From: Desulfovibrio sp. UBA6079 | GTDB lineage: Bacteria; Desulfobacterota; Desulfovibrionia; Desulfovibrionales; Desulfovibrionaceae | Reading direction: 5' to 3' | DNA length: 64,000 nt | NCBI GenBank assembly: GCA_002428705.1 | Contig: DIXN01000001.1 | Location: 15,030 to 79,029 of the forward strand | Notes under the pieces: generated by a model | What the model saw: only the letters and a program-made list of their open reading frames with translations | What the model was told of the DNA's origin: nothing | The model's database searches: none | Made by a program: the position numbers and the translations under genes | Shown: in pieces, positions 37,942-48,147 of the stretch | How the letters are laid out: each line of letters begins with the position of its first letter | How positions within the stretch are numbered: position 1 is the stretch's first letter

Positions 37942-40554
37942 TCAGGAAACCGGGCGCAAGGGAACCACCGATGCGTCCTGTGCGCCGTTCCCGGCCGGGC
38001 CGAACGGCAGGACCACGCGGAAGGTGCTGCCCTCGCCCACCCGGCTGACCACCGCGACGCTGCCGCCCAGCAGGTCGCACAGATGCCTGACGATGGCCAG
38101 GCCCAGACCCATGCCGCCGAAGCGCTTGGCGTAGCTTGCGTCGGCCTGGTAGAAGGCCTCGAAGAGATGGGCCAGGTCCTCGGGCGCGATGCCCACGCCG
38201 CTGTCGGTCACGCTGAAGACCAGGCGCGGCCCGTCCTGGCCGGCCCCGTCGGGCCGCACCTCGAGGCCGATGCGGCCGCGCGCGGTGAACTTGACCGCGT
38301 TGGCCAGCAGGTTGTTCAGAATCTGGGCCAGGCGTTCCGGGTCGCCATGCACGCAAGCGGGCACCTCGGGCGCCACGGACAGCTCCAGATCAAGGCCCTT
38401 GGCCTGCGCCTGGGGCGCGAAGGCGGCGGTGACGGCGCGCAGCCGGGCGGGCAGATCGAAGTCGCGGGGCGTGATCTGCAGCTTGCCGGCCTCGATGCGC
38501 GTGACGTCGAGGATGTCGTCGACGATGGCCAGCAGGCTCCGGCCGCTTTCGCGGATGAGCTCCAGATAGCCCCGCTCGCGCGCCCCCACCCCGTCTCCCA
38601 GCAGCAGCAGCTCCGAAAGGCCCATGATGCCCGAGAGCGGCGTGCGCAGCTCATGGCTCATGTTGGCCAGAAACATGCTCTTGGCCCGGCTGGCCTCCTC
38701 GGCGCTCAGGCGGGCCTGGATGAGGTCTTCGCGCAGCCGCCGCTCGTCGGTCACGTCCCGGTTGCTGCCCCGCCGCCCGCGGTAGGCGCCGGCGGCGTCG
38801 AAGACCGGCTGGCAGACGTGGCTCACGGCCAGCTCCCGGCCGTCCCTGGTGACGATGCCGAATTCGAGCTGGACGCGCTCCTCACGGCGCTCTTCGCCGA
38901 AGAGGTGCGCCCGGATCCGTTCGCGGTCCTCGTCCCGGACGATGTCCAGGATGAGCCCCGGCGAGACCATGAACATTTCCGCGCCGTAGCCGGTCATCCG
39001 CTCGCAGGAGGGCGAGACATAGAGGAAGGTGCCGTCCGGGCCGAGCCAGTACTCCCAGTCGTGGGTGAAGTCGGCCACGGTCCGGAAGCGTTCCTCGTTT
39101 TCGCGCAGGCGCGCCTCGGCGGTCCTGCGCTCGGTGACGTCGGCGGCAAAGGCCGCGATCTTCTCCACCTTGCCCTCGTCCCCGCTCACCGGCGTCAGCA
39201 ACACGTCGAGAATCCGCCCGTCCAGCGTGATTTCATAGCGCTGCCTGCGCCCCGCCAGGACGCCTTCCAGACGCCTGCCGAGCCGGGCCTCATAGGCATC
39301 GGGCCCCATGACCTCGCGCAGGTTCCGGCCCACCAGCCCGACCCTCTCTTGCCCGAAATATGCCGCGGCCTCCTCGTTCAGGTCCAGGATGGTCAGGTCC
39401 CTGGCCAGGAGCAGGGCCGTGTCGCGGTTGGCGTTGATCAGCGAGCGGGCAGTGGCCTCGCTGACCGAAAGCTCCGCGGCCAGGCGCCGGGCCTCCTCCA
39501 TCCGCCCGGTCAGGCTCTTCATACCCGCCTCCAGCCGCGCGGCCATGTCGTTGAAGGTCGTGGCCAGGAGGCGCAGCTCCTTGTCGCCGGCAACGTCCGC
39601 GCGCACGGACAGATCTCCGCCCGCGGCCTGCCTGGCCGCGTAGGCCAGCCCCATGACCGGCGCGACGATGCCCGCGCCGGTGGCATTGGCCAGCCAGGCG
39701 GCCACGGCCAGAGCCAGCAGCACGACCAGGGCCACGACCGTGACCATGCCCCAGGCCGAGGCCAGGGCCTCGGACAGGCTGATCTCGGTCACGGCGGTGA
39801 AGCTCTGGCCGGCAAAGGAAAAGGGGACCATGGCCACCAGCGCCTCCTGGCCGTGCCGGCCCCGGGCCGGCCCGTCGGCCGCCGGCAAGGACATGCGCAG
39901 CCCGGCCTGGCTCTCATCCATGTCGGGCGCGGCCATCAACCGCCCGTCGGCCGAAACGACGTAGACCTGTTCCCCGGGCGCAAGGCGCAGGGTGTCGAGG
40001 ATCCGGCTCATGCGCGCAAGGCTGGCCTCGGCCACAAGCACCGCGGCCAGTTGCCCGTTCGGACGATAGACCGGCCGGGCCACGAGCAGCCAGAACGCGC
40101 TCCCGCTGCCGGGAAACAGGACCTCGACGGACAGGTCGCCGGAATCGATGCAGGCGCCGTGAGCCTTCAGATAGGCGGCGGCATGGCCGGGGGCGAGCGG
40201 CTGGCGGGCATTTTGGCCGAAGTGCGCGAGCATGGCCCCGGCCGGATCGAACAGGGTCAGCTCATCGAAGACCCCGGCGCCGAAGAGCGGCTCGAGGGAG
40301 GCCCGGGCCAGGCCATCGCCGTTCGCATCCCGGGACAGCAGGCGGCCGGCCAGATCCAGCTCGTGGTCCAGGTCGCCCAGGTACTCCTCGGCCATGGCCG
40401 CCACGCCGCGGGCCAACTGGCGGCGGGCGGCGAGGGCCTCCTCGGTCATGGAGGTGAAGCCCCGCCAGGCGATAAAGGCGCCCACGGCCAGGAGCGGCAG
40501 GACCGCCAGGCAGACGAAGATGATGATGAGCCGCTGTCTTATGCTTGCTTGCAC
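37942..40554 (-). CDS. sensor histidine kinase (Cache-like periplasmic domain, HAMP, two PAS, HisKA, HATPase_c)
   Basis: H-box [13 protein letters not shown]-box [11 protein letters not shown]-boxes VTDSGVGI and GGMGLGLAI. Two TM segments flank a ~250-aa sensor region. GTG start. No receiver domain. Confidence 0.85.
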   Translation of the reverse strand: MQASIRQRLIIIFVCLAVLPLLAVGAFIAWRGFTSMTEEALAARRQLARGVAAMAEEYLGDLDHELDLAGRLLSRDANGDGLARASLEPLFGAGVFDELTLFDPAGAMLAHFGQNARQPLAPGHAAAYLKAHGACIDSGDLSVEVLFPGSGSAFWLLVARPVYRPNGQLAAVLVAEASLARMSRILDTLRLAPGEQVYVVSADGRLMAAPDMDESQAGLRMSLPAADGPARGRHGQEALVAMVPFSFAGQSFTAVTEISLSEALASAWGMVTVVALVVLLALAVAAWLANATGAGIVAPVMGLAYAARQAAGGDLSVRADVAGDKELRLLATTFNDMAARLEAGMKSLTGRMEEARRLAAELSVSEATARSLINANRDTALLLARDLTILDLNEEAAAYFGQERVGLVGRNLREVMGPDAYEARLGRRLEGVLAGRRQRYEITLDGRILDVLLTPVSGDEGKVEKIAAFAADVTERRTAEARLRENEERFRTVADFTHDWEYWLGPDGTFLYVSPSCERMTGYGAEMFMVSPGLILDIVRDEDRERIRAHLFGEERREERVQLEFGIVTRDGRELAVSHVCQPVFDAAGAYRGRRGSNRDVTDERRLREDLIQARLSAEEASRAKSMFLANMSHELRTPLSGIMGLSELLLLGDGVGARERGYLELIRESGRSLLAIVDDILDVTRIEAGKLQITPRDFDLPARLRAVTAAFAPQAQAKGLDLELSVAPEVPACVHGDPERLAQILNNLLANAVKFTARGRIGLEVRPDGAGQDGPRLVFSVTDSGVGIAPEDLAHLFEAFYQADASYAKRFGGMGLGLAIVRHLCDLLGGSVAVVSRVGEGSTFRVVLPFGPAGNGAQDASVVPLRPVS

Positions 40555-40788
40555 GGGGCATCCACCATTTCAGCCGCTGGAAAAAAATTTCAGCTATAAA
40601 AATGTATACGGACTTTCGACTCGTAACGCAAATGGTTTTAGGCCTGACCGACGGGGAGAAAATTACCACTTGCCACCTGGCCCGCAGATGGGATAAGAAC
40701 GGCGGTTCGTCAAAAACGCACATCCCGGCAGCTGGGTGCCCGAACGGATCGGGCCGGGCCGGGATGGAGGAACAACCCAGGAGGTCAC

Positions 40789-41595
40789 ATGTCCTACGTC
40801 ACCATGAAGCAGATGCTGGAGACCGGCGTCCACTTCGGCCACCAGACCCGCCGCTGGAACCCGAAGATGCGCCCCTTCATCTTCGGTGCCCGCAACGGCA
40901 TCCACATCATCGACCTGCAGCAGACGGTCAAGCTCTTCCAGAAGGCCCACGACTTCGTGGCCGACACCGTGGCCTCCGGCGGCACGGTCATCTTCGTCGG
41001 CACCAAGCGCCAGGCCCAGGAAGCGATCCGCAACGAAGCCGGCAACTGCCAGATGCCCTACATCACCCACCGCTGGCTGGGCGGCACGATGACCAACTTC
41101 CAGACCATCCGCAAATCCATCGAGCGGCTGAAGAAACTCGAAGCCATGTTCGAGGACGGCACCATCAACCGCTACGGCAAGAAAGAAGTGTCCATGTACA
41201 CGCGCGAGCTGGAAAAGCTCGAGCAGAACCTGGGCGGCATCAAGCACATCAACGAGCTGCCGCAGGCGGCCTTCATCATCGATCCCAAACGCGAGGAGAT
41301 CGCGGTCAAGGAATGCCGCCGCCTGGGCATCCCCATTGCCGCGGTGGTCGACACCAACTGCGATCCCGACGTCATCGACTACGTCATCCCCGGCAACGAC
41401 GATGCCATCCGGGCCATCAAGCTCTTCGTCGCGCACATGGCCGAGGCCGTGCAGGAAGGCCTGGCCCGCCGCGTGGACACCGGGGAGCCCGAGGCCAAGG
41501 GCAAACCCAAGGCCGAGATCAAGGCCGAACCCGCCGCCTCCGAGAAGGCGGACGAGCCCGCCGTCTCGGATGACTTAAGCGAGGAGGTAAAGTAG
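40789..41595 (+). CDS. rpsB: 30S ribosomal protein S2
   Basis: [27 protein letters not shown]... GGAGG lies before the ATG. Confidence 0.97.
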   Translation: MSYVTMKQMLETGVHFGHQTRRWNPKMRPFIFGARNGIHIIDLQQTVKLFQKAHDFVADTVASGGTVIFVGTKRQAQEAIRNEAGNCQMPYITHRWLGGTMTNFQTIRKSIERLKKLEAMFEDGTINRYGKKEVSMYTRELEKLEQNLGGIKHINELPQAAFIIDPKREEIAVKECRRLGIPIAAVVDTNCDPDVIDYVIPGNDDAIRAIKLFVAHMAEAVQEGLARRVDTGEPEAKGKPKAEIKAEPAASEKADEPAVSDDLSEEVK

Positions 41596-42198
41596 ATGTC
41601 GATCACCGCCACCATGGTCAAGGACCTGCGCGACAAGACCGGCGCGGGCATGATGGATTGCAAGAAAGCCCTGCAGGAAGCCTGCGGTGACTATGAGAAG
41701 GCCGTGGTCTGGCTGCGCGAGAAGGGCCTGGCCCAGGCCAAGAAGCGCGCCGGCCGCATCGCCTCCGAAGGCCTCATCGGCTCCTACATCCACGCCAACG
41801 GCAAGATCGCCGTGCTGGTGGAAGTCAAATGCGAGACCGACTTCGTGGCCCGCAGCGACCGCTTCAAGGAGTTCGCCAAGAACCTGGCCATGCAGATCGC
41901 CGCGGCCAACCCGCTCTACTTGAGCCCCGAGGACGTCCCGCCCGAGGTGCTCGAGAAGGAGAAGGAGATCTACAAGCACCAGGCCATGGAAGAAGGCAAG
42001 CCCGAGGCCGTGGCCGAGAAGATCGTCGTCGGCCGCATCAACAAGTACTACAAGGAAGCCTGTCTGCTCAACCAGCCCTTCATCAAGGACGACAAGCTGA
42101 GCATCCAGGATCTCCTGAACGAGCTCGTCGCCGTCCTGGGCGAGAACATCCAGGTCGGCCGCTTCGTCCGCATGACCCTGGGCGAAGGCGGCGAGTAG
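41596..42198 (+). CDS. tsf: translation elongation factor Ts
   Basis: ITATMVKDLRDKTGAGMMDCKKAL... 200-aa short-form EF-Ts. Confidence 0.95.
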   Translation: MSITATMVKDLRDKTGAGMMDCKKALQEACGDYEKAVVWLREKGLAQAKKRAGRIASEGLIGSYIHANGKIAVLVEVKCETDFVARSDRFKEFAKNLAMQIAAANPLYLSPEDVPPEVLEKEKEIYKHQAMEEGKPEAVAEKIVVGRINKYYKEACLLNQPFIKDDKLSIQDLLNELVAVLGENIQVGRFVRMTLGEGGE

Positions 42199-42212
42199 CC
42201 GGCCGGAACCCG

Positions 42213-42240
42213 GCGGGCCGCGCGGCCCGCTTCCCTTTTT
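42213..42240 (+). terminator. rho-independent terminator candidate after tsf
   Basis: GCGGGCC-GCGC-GGCCCGC followed by TTCCCTTTTT. Confidence 0.6.
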
Positions 42241-42342
42241 GCCGCAAATGCGTATGCTCTGGCCCCTGCCCGGTCGGCCCCACGGCCCCGGGCAGGGATC
42301 AGCCCCTCGACACTCCTGACCTGCCGGACGGAAACAACGATC

Positions 42343-43062
42343 ATGGAGCAATTGCGCTGGAAACGGGTCCTCATCAAGCTCTCCGGCGAGGCCTTGGCCG
42401 GCGGCAGGGGCTACGGCATCTTCCCCGAAGCCATCCAGACCTTCTGCCGTGAGATCGTCGATGTCGCCCGGCTGGGCGTAGAGATCGTCCTGGTCATCGG
42501 CGGCGGCAACATCTTCCGCGGCATGTCCGAGTCGGCCCGCGGCATGGACCGGGCCTCGGCCGACTACATGGGCATGATGGCCACGGTCATGAACGCCGTG
42601 GCCGTCCAGGATGCCCTGGAGAAGCTCGGGCTCGAGACCCGGGTCCTCTCGGCCATCTCCATGCGCGAGGTCTGCGAGCCCTACATCCGGCGCCGCGGCA
42701 TCCGCCACCTGGAGAAGGGCCGGGCGGTCATCTGCGCCGCCGGCACCGGCAACCCCTACTTCACCACCGACACCGCCGCCGCGCTCAGATGCATGGAGCT
42801 GCGCTGCGAGGCCATCCTCAAGGCCACCAAGGTCGACGGCATCTACGACAAGGACCCCATGCTCCACGCCGACGCGGTGATGTACAAGACGCTGACCTAC
42901 CGCGTGGCCCTCGAGCAACGCCTCAAGGTCATGGATTCCACCGCCTTTTCCCTGGCCATGGACAACAACGTGCCAATCGCCGTGTTCAACCTGTTCACGT
43001 CCGGCAACATCCGCAAGGTCGTTGTGGGGGAAGACATCGGCACCATCGTCCAAGGAGGTTGA
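42343..43062 (+). CDS. pyrH: UMP kinase
   Basis: [13 protein letters not shown]..., [10 protein letters not shown], and a TDTAAALR block. Confidence 0.95.
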   Translation: MEQLRWKRVLIKLSGEALAGGRGYGIFPEAIQTFCREIVDVARLGVEIVLVIGGGNIFRGMSESARGMDRASADYMGMMATVMNAVAVQDALEKLGLETRVLSAISMREVCEPYIRRRGIRHLEKGRAVICAAGTGNPYFTTDTAAALRCMELRCEAILKATKVDGIYDKDPMLHADAVMYKTLTYRVALEQRLKVMDSTAFSLAMDNNVPIAVFNLFTSGNIRKVVVGEDIGTIVQGG

Positions 43063-43065
43063 GCC

Positions 43066-43620
43066 ATGAAGGACATCATCACGGCCTGTCAGGACAAGAT
43101 GCACAAGGCCATCGACAACCTGTCCCGCGAGTTCTCCCGACTGCGCACCGGCCGGGCTTCCACTGCACTGGTCGAGAACATCAAGGCCGACTACTACGGC
43201 ACCCCGACTCCGCTCAATCAGATATCCTCGATCACCGTGCCCGACGCCCGGACCATCACCATCCAGCCCTGGGACAAGGGCGCCTTCGGCCTGATCGACA
43301 AGGCCATCCAGAAGTCCGACCTGGGCCTCAATCCGGTCAACGACGGCAAGATCATCCGCATCTCCATCCCGCCGCTGACCGAGGAACGCCGCAAGGATCT
43401 GGCCAAGGTGGCCAAGAAGTTCGCCGAAGAGGCCAAGGTCGCCGTGCGCAACATCCGCCGGGACGCCAACGAGCAGCTGAAGAAGAAGCTGAAAGACAAG
43501 GACATCACCGAGGACGACGAGCACAAGGGCGTGGCCGAGATCCAGAAGCTGACCGACAAGTATGTGGCCGAGGCCGACAGCGTGCTGGCCAAGAAAGAAA
43601 AAGAGATCATGGAGATCTAA
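43066..43620 (+). CDS. frr: ribosome recycling factor
   Basis: 184 aa: ...[30 protein letters not shown]... Confidence 0.95.
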   Translation: MKDIITACQDKMHKAIDNLSREFSRLRTGRASTALVENIKADYYGTPTPLNQISSITVPDARTITIQPWDKGAFGLIDKAIQKSDLGLNPVNDGKIIRISIPPLTEERRKDLAKVAKKFAEEAKVAVRNIRRDANEQLKKKLKDKDITEDDEHKGVAEIQKLTDKYVAEADSVLAKKEKEIMEI

Positions 43621-44335
43621 GCTGGCCGCCTCAACCTTACCCCGGCACCTGGCCGTCATCATGGACGGCAACGGACGCTGGGCCAGCCGGCGCGGTTTGG
43701 CGCGCAGCGAGGGACACAGGGCGGGCGTCGAGTCGGCACGGGCCATCGTCGTCCGCTGCCGCGAGATCGGCCTGCCCTGCCTGACCCTCTACACCTTCTC
43801 CAAGGAGAACTGGAACCGCCCGGCCGAGGAGGTCGGCTTCCTCTTCGACCTCCTGGCCAGCTTCCTGGGCAAGGAGCTGCCGACGCTCATGGAGCAGGAC
43901 ATCCGCCTGACCGTGCTCGGCGAGCTCTCCGCCGTGCCGTTCGCCGCCCGCCAGGCCCTGAAGCTGGCCCTGAAGAAAACCGCCCGGAACACATCCATGC
44001 TCCTCAACCTGGCCATAAACTACTCCGGACGGGAAGAGATCCTGCGCGCCTGCCGCCGGCTCCTGGCCGAAGGCCTGCCGCCCGAGGAGCTGACCGAGGA
44101 GCGCTTCCGCCGCCACCTCTACACCGGCGAACAGCCCGACCCCGACCTCATCATCCGCACCTCGGGCGAGCTGCGGCTCTCCAACTACCTGCTCTTCCAG
44201 GCCGCCTACGCCGAGTTCTACTTCACCGAGACCCTCTGGCCCGACTTCACTCCGGCCGAGCTCGACCGCGCCCTGGTCGACTTCGCCGGCCGCCAGCGCC
44301 GCTTCGGCCAGACCGAGGAACAGCTCGGAGACTGA
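43562..44335 (+). CDS. uppS: undecaprenyl diphosphate synthase (5' end uncertain)
   Basis: [16 protein letters not shown]..., ...[27 protein letters not shown] 43562 overlaps frr by 59 nt. CTG 43622, just after the frr stop, is an alternative start. Confidence 0.85.
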   Translation: MWPRPTACWPRKKKRSWRSKLAASTLPRHLAVIMDGNGRWASRRGLARSEGHRAGVESARAIVVRCREIGLPCLTLYTFSKENWNRPAEEVGFLFDLLASFLGKELPTLMEQDIRLTVLGELSAVPFAARQALKLALKKTARNTSMLLNLAINYSGREEILRACRRLLAEGLPPEELTEERFRRHLYTGEQPDPDLIIRTSGELRLSNYLLFQAAYAEFYFTETLWPDFTPAELDRALVDFAGRQRRFGQTEEQLGD

Positions 44336-44374
44336 CCCTCCCGGCGCTCCGCGCGGTTTCGAAAAGCCGAAGAC

Positions 44375-44424
44375 GTGGGGGCGGGACCCCCCTTTTTCGG
44401 CAAAAAGGGGGGTCCCGCCCCCAC
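44375..44424. repeat. perfect 23-bp-arm palindrome (bidirectional terminator-like)
   Basis: GTGGGGGCGGGACCCCCCTTTTT-CGGC-AAAAAGGGGGGTCCCGCCCCCAC, 40 nt downstream of the uppS stop. Confidence 0.9.
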
Positions 44425-44630
44425 ACCCCCACCCTCCCCCAAAAACCATTGGCTCGCTTCGCGGGGTACGCGCTGGTCGGATCAGGAGACTGAACGACTG
44501 GGCGGGCTCAGAGCGAGCGTCGAAAGACTCCCTGACCCGCCGCGCGGCAGGGATGTCCTCGTGCGCCTGCTCGTCTTTCGGCCCGGAGTCTGGCGGGGTC
44601 TTCTCCCGCCAGGCTCAGGACCGAAAGCCG

Positions 44631-44702
44631 GGGAGGTCCAGGAGGGAAGCATTCCCTCCTGGCAGGGGTGCAGGGGACAGCGTCCCCTGCCCGCCGGAGG
44701 CC
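44631..44702 (+). repeat. modular hairpin mosaic repeat, copy D (HP3b-HP3a-tail)
   Basis: HP3b CCAGGAGGG-AAGCATT-CCCTCCTGG 44638..44662. HP3a GCAGGGGAC-AGC-GTCCCCTGC 44670..44690. Tail CCGCCGGAGGCC 44691..44702. Colinear with copy C, with paired (compensatory) stem differences. Confidence 0.85.
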
Positions 44703-44721
44703 GACCGCTCGCCGCGGCGCG

Positions 44722-45300
44722 CTATTTGGCCGGGTAGATTTTTTCGAGCTTGGCGCCCTTGAAGGAGATGTCGGCCATGAGGCCTTTGACGTCGAGGACG
44801 AAGCCGATGATCGGGTTCTTCATGGTCTGGGTGTCGAGGCTTTTGCCCGCGCCGATGTCGGCCATGGCCACGTTGCCGTCCACGCCGATCTCGAAGCCGT
44901 TGCTGTGCTGGAACTTGTAGAGGGCTTCCTCGGTCATGAACAGGATGATCACGTCCTTTGATTGGCCGCCGATCTGCAGGCCGAAGGAGGCGGACTTGAG
45001 GGCATAGTAGTCGACGGTCTTGCCGGCGATGCGCAGGACGCCTTCGCCGTATTCGCCGCCCAGGATGAGCGCGCCCTTGACCACGTTCGGGATGATCAAC
45101 ACGCCTTTGGCCGAGGCCAGCAGCTCGTCGGCGCCCGTGACCTGCTGCTTGAAGCGCGTCAGCGTCCAGTCGGACTTGGTGTCGAGCTCGCTGGCCGTGG
45201 CCGCGGCCAGGGCCGTGCCGGCGGCAAGGGTGGTGCCAAGGGCCAGGACGAACGCCAGAATCGTTGTCCGGCGGGCGAAGCGAAAAATGCGCATGCTCAT
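44722..45300 (-). CDS. SYLF (Ysc84-like, DUF500) lipid-binding domain protein, secreted/lipoprotein-like
   Basis: Signal-like N-terminus MSMRIFRFARRTTILAFVLALGTTLAAGTALAA. SYLF-type blocks ...GALILGGEYGEGVL... and ...SFGLQIGGQS. Confidence 0.7.
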   Translation of the reverse strand: MSMRIFRFARRTTILAFVLALGTTLAAGTALAAATASELDTKSDWTLTRFKQQVTGADELLASAKGVLIIPNVVKGALILGGEYGEGVLRIAGKTVDYYALKSASFGLQIGGQSKDVIILFMTEEALYKFQHSNGFEIGVDGNVAMADIGAGKSLDTQTMKNPIIGFVLDVKGLMADISFKGAKLEKIYPAK

Positions 45301-45606
45301 TGGAATCTCTCCTGATTCGTGCGGTTATGGGCCGGACGGGCAGCCTGCGGGTCCGGCCGAGTCCGAGAGGGATATACTTTGCACGATTTCTGCGTCCGGG
45401 ACAAGAGTCTCGTCCGGAGAACGCCCTGCCTGAGGCGTTCGCCGCCGGCCGGGAACCTGGGGCCGCGACCTGCGGAAACCATATGTAATACATGACCGTC
45501 CTGCATTTCCGCGGCAGGATGGGCGGCAAGCGATTCTTGCATTGCGTTACGCGTCCATGATATTGAACGCCAGTTTTGAATTTCCACCGTTCCAAGGGGG
45601 TTTTCC

Positions 45607-47751
45607 GTGAAGAATGTTCGTATGGCGGTCAAGCTCATCGGCTCTTTCATCATTGTTTCCTGTGTGACCATGCTTGTCGGCGCCAGCGGTTACTACGGCC
45701 TTACGAAGGTCTCGGGCAGCCTGACCGAGATCGAGGATGTGCGGCTGCCGTCCATCCAGCACCTGCTGACCGTTTCCGGGCAGTTCGAGGGCCTGCGCGT
45801 GAGCATGCGCACCCTGCTCCTGCCAGGACTGCCCAAAGCCGACCGCCAACGCCAGTACGACGACGTGGCCCAGACCCGCGAGACGTATACCGCGGCCTGG
45901 AAAGCCTACGAGGCGCTGCCGCGCACGCCCGAAGAAGACAAACTCCTGCAGGAACTCACAGCTGCGGTGGCCTCCTGGAAGAAGTCCAACGACAATTTCA
46001 TGTCCCTGGCCAAGCAGTGGGACGCCTCGGGCATACCCGAGCCCAACAAGCTGCTGCTCAGGCTCGAGACCTTCCGCACCGAGATGCTGACGGCCAGCGG
46101 CAATCTCGAGGACGTCGTCTACCGCGGCACCTGGTACAACGGTCCGAAGAAGACGGGCCAGACCCAACTCGGTGCCTTCATCGCCGGCGAGGCCAAGGAC
46201 ATCGAGAACCAGGAGCTGAAAAGCGCCTTGGACAACCTGTCCGCACTCTACTCCACCTTCTTCGAGAGCCTGTCCGCGGTGCTGAAAGCGGTGGACGAGG
46301 GAGACATGGAGCAGACCAGCGCCCTCTTCCGCTCGACCGCCGAACCGCAGGGCGAAGCCTGCGTGGCCGCCCTGAAGCCCATCGCGGAGATGGCCGCGCG
46401 GGTCCAGGCCATCCATGACGAGCTCCTGCGCATGGCCTTCAGCGAGCAGCGCGAACGCCAGTCGGCCTGCATGGACCTGCTGGGCAAGCTCGTCGCGCTG
46501 AACATCCAGTACGCCAAGGACACCCGCGACCAGGCCACCACCGTCACCGCCACGGCCAACCTGACCTCCATGGCCGGCACCGTGGCCGGCATGATCCTCG
46601 CCCTGGTCATCGGCATCGTCATGACCCTGGCCATCACCCGGCCCCTGGGCAAGAGCCTGGCCTTCGCCCGGGCCGTGGCCGCCGGCCGGCTCGACGAGGA
46701 CCTCGACATCCGTCAGCGGGACGAGATCGGCCAGCTGGCCGAAGCCCTGCGGACCATGGTCGGCGCCCTGCAGAAGAACATCCGCGAAGCCGGCGAAAAG
46801 GCCGAGCTGGCCCAGAAGATGACGGGCGAGGCCAAGACCGCCCTGGCCGAGGCCGAGGCCGCCAAGGAAAAGGCCCTGGCCGCCCGGCGCGAAGGTCTGC
46901 TCGAAGCCGCGACCCAGCTCGAGGACGTGGTCAACGCCCTGTCCTCGGCCTCCGAACAGCTCTCGGCCCAGGTCACCCAGGTCAGCCGCGGCGCCGATGT
47001 CCAGCGCGAACGCAGCGGCGAGACCGCCGCGGCCATGGAGGAGATGAACGCAACCGTCCTCGAGGTCGCCAAGAACGCCGCCGACGCTGCCACCCAGGCT
47101 GAATCCGCGCGCAAGGAGGCCGAAGGCGGCAACACCGTGGTCGGCGCGGTCGTCACGGCCATCGAGGACGTCCGACGGCGCACCGAGACCATGAAGGAAA
47201 GCCTCGACGCGCTGGGCCACCAGGCCCAGGCCATCGGCCAGATCATGACCGTGATCACCGACATCGCCGACCAGACCAACCTGCTGGCCCTGAACGCCGC
47301 CATCGAGGCCGCCCGCGCCGGCGACGCCGGCCGAGGCTTCGCCGTGGTCGCCGACGAGGTCCGCAAGCTGGCCGAAAAAACCATGACCGCAACCAAGGAG
47401 GTCGGCACGGCCATCGGCTCCATCCAGGCCTCCACCAGGTCCAACATCGCCGAGATGGACGCCGCGGCCCAGGCCGTGGGCGCCTGCACCGGCCAGGCCG
47501 GCGAGGCCGGCGCGGCCTTGCAGCGCATCGTGGACATCGTCGAGCGCACCACCGACCAGGTCCGCTCCATCGCCACCGCATCGGAACAGCAGTCCTCGGC
47601 CAGCGAAGAAATCAACCGCGCCGTGGAGGACGTGAACCGCATCTCCTCCGAAACCGCCGAAGGCATGACCCAAGCCGAGGCCGCCATCCGCGAGCTGGCC
47701 GCCCTGACCGGCCGCCTCAAGGAGCTCATGGACTCCCTGCGCCGCCAATAG
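45607..47751 (+). CDS. methyl-accepting chemotaxis protein
   Basis: Two TM segments flank a helical sensor domain, followed by HAMP. Conserved signalling hairpin [44 protein letters not shown] 45607; ATG 45622 is an alternative. Confidence 0.9.
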   Translation: MKNVRMAVKLIGSFIIVSCVTMLVGASGYYGLTKVSGSLTEIEDVRLPSIQHLLTVSGQFEGLRVSMRTLLLPGLPKADRQRQYDDVAQTRETYTAAWKAYEALPRTPEEDKLLQELTAAVASWKKSNDNFMSLAKQWDASGIPEPNKLLLRLETFRTEMLTASGNLEDVVYRGTWYNGPKKTGQTQLGAFIAGEAKDIENQELKSALDNLSALYSTFFESLSAVLKAVDEGDMEQTSALFRSTAEPQGEACVAALKPIAEMAARVQAIHDELLRMAFSEQRERQSACMDLLGKLVALNIQYAKDTRDQATTVTATANLTSMAGTVAGMILALVIGIVMTLAITRPLGKSLAFARAVAAGRLDEDLDIRQRDEIGQLAEALRTMVGALQKNIREAGEKAELAQKMTGEAKTALAEAEAAKEKALAARREGLLEAATQLEDVVNALSSASEQLSAQVTQVSRGADVQRERSGETAAAMEEMNATVLEVAKNAADAATQAESARKEAEGGNTVVGAVVTAIEDVRRRTETMKESLDALGHQAQAIGQIMTVITDIADQTNLLALNAAIEAARAGDAGRGFAVVADEVRKLAEKTMTATKEVGTAIGSIQASTRSNIAEMDAAAQAVGACTGQAGEAGAALQRIVDIVERTTDQVRSIATASEQQSSASEEINRAVEDVNRISSETAEGMTQAEAAIRELAALTGRLKELMDSLRRQ

Positions 47752-47769
47752 GCGCGGGGGGGTAGACGA

Positions 47770-47893
47770 GGCCTCCGGCGGGCAGGGGGCGTTGCCCCCT
47801 GCACCCCCACAAGGGGGATGATCCCCCTTGACCCCGCAATCTTGAAATCGAAGTCCTTTGGCGCATTGAGCGCCAAAGGACTTCGATTTCAAG
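47770..47893 (-). repeat. modular hairpin mosaic repeat, copy E (tail-HP3a-HP2-HP1, reverse orientation)
   Basis: Tail complement GGCCTCCGGCGG 47770..47781. HP3a GCAGGGGGC-GTT-GCCCCCTGC 47782..47802. HP2 CAAGGGGGAT-G-ATCCCCCTTG 47810..47830. HP1 variant CTTGAAATCGAAGTCCTTTGGCGC / GCGCCAAAGGACTTCGATTTCAAG 47841..47893. Confidence 0.9.
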
Positions 47894-48147
47894 AAGAACA
47901 GGTGGCAGGGCATCCTGACCGCCCGACGGGGTCCAGAATGCCCCGGAATGCCGACGGACGGTGATTGGCCTCTGGTCGGCGGCGATCGAAAAAGTCGCCA
48001 TTACGGTAGAGATAGTGCCGTCCGCGGCCGGATGCCCGGTCCTTCGACCAACCGTCCGCGCCGGTCCGGGCCGTCTTCACCCTCACCGGCTGCCGTTGAT
48101 CTTCCTTGCCTTGGTCGACGACCCCGGCGGGGGGCATGGCCCGCCTT

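Noticed and set aside
37411-40599. 1062-aa plus-strand ORF, the longest in the track
   Set aside because: It lies antisense to the well-supported histidine kinase and HDOD genes. Its composition is dominated by G/A/R/P/Q, as expected for a shadow frame in high-GC DNA. It has no recognisable motif.
40555-40788. Possible structured S2-autoregulatory leader upstream of rpsB
   Set aside because: The region is AT-rich and promoter-like, but I could not identify the conserved pseudoknot-type rpsB leader by eye. I left it unannotated.
45547-47913. 788-aa minus-strand ORF. The same class includes 12443..14437, 15268..17712, 41575..43746, 27298..29949, 54378..55781 and 59997..61034.
   Set aside because: All of them overlap genes with unambiguous family motifs (MCP, sigma-54 activator, P-type ATPase, tsf-pyrH-frr and others) on the other strand or in another frame. 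Their sequences are low-complexity G/R/A/D/H-rich. I treat them as GC-driven open frames.
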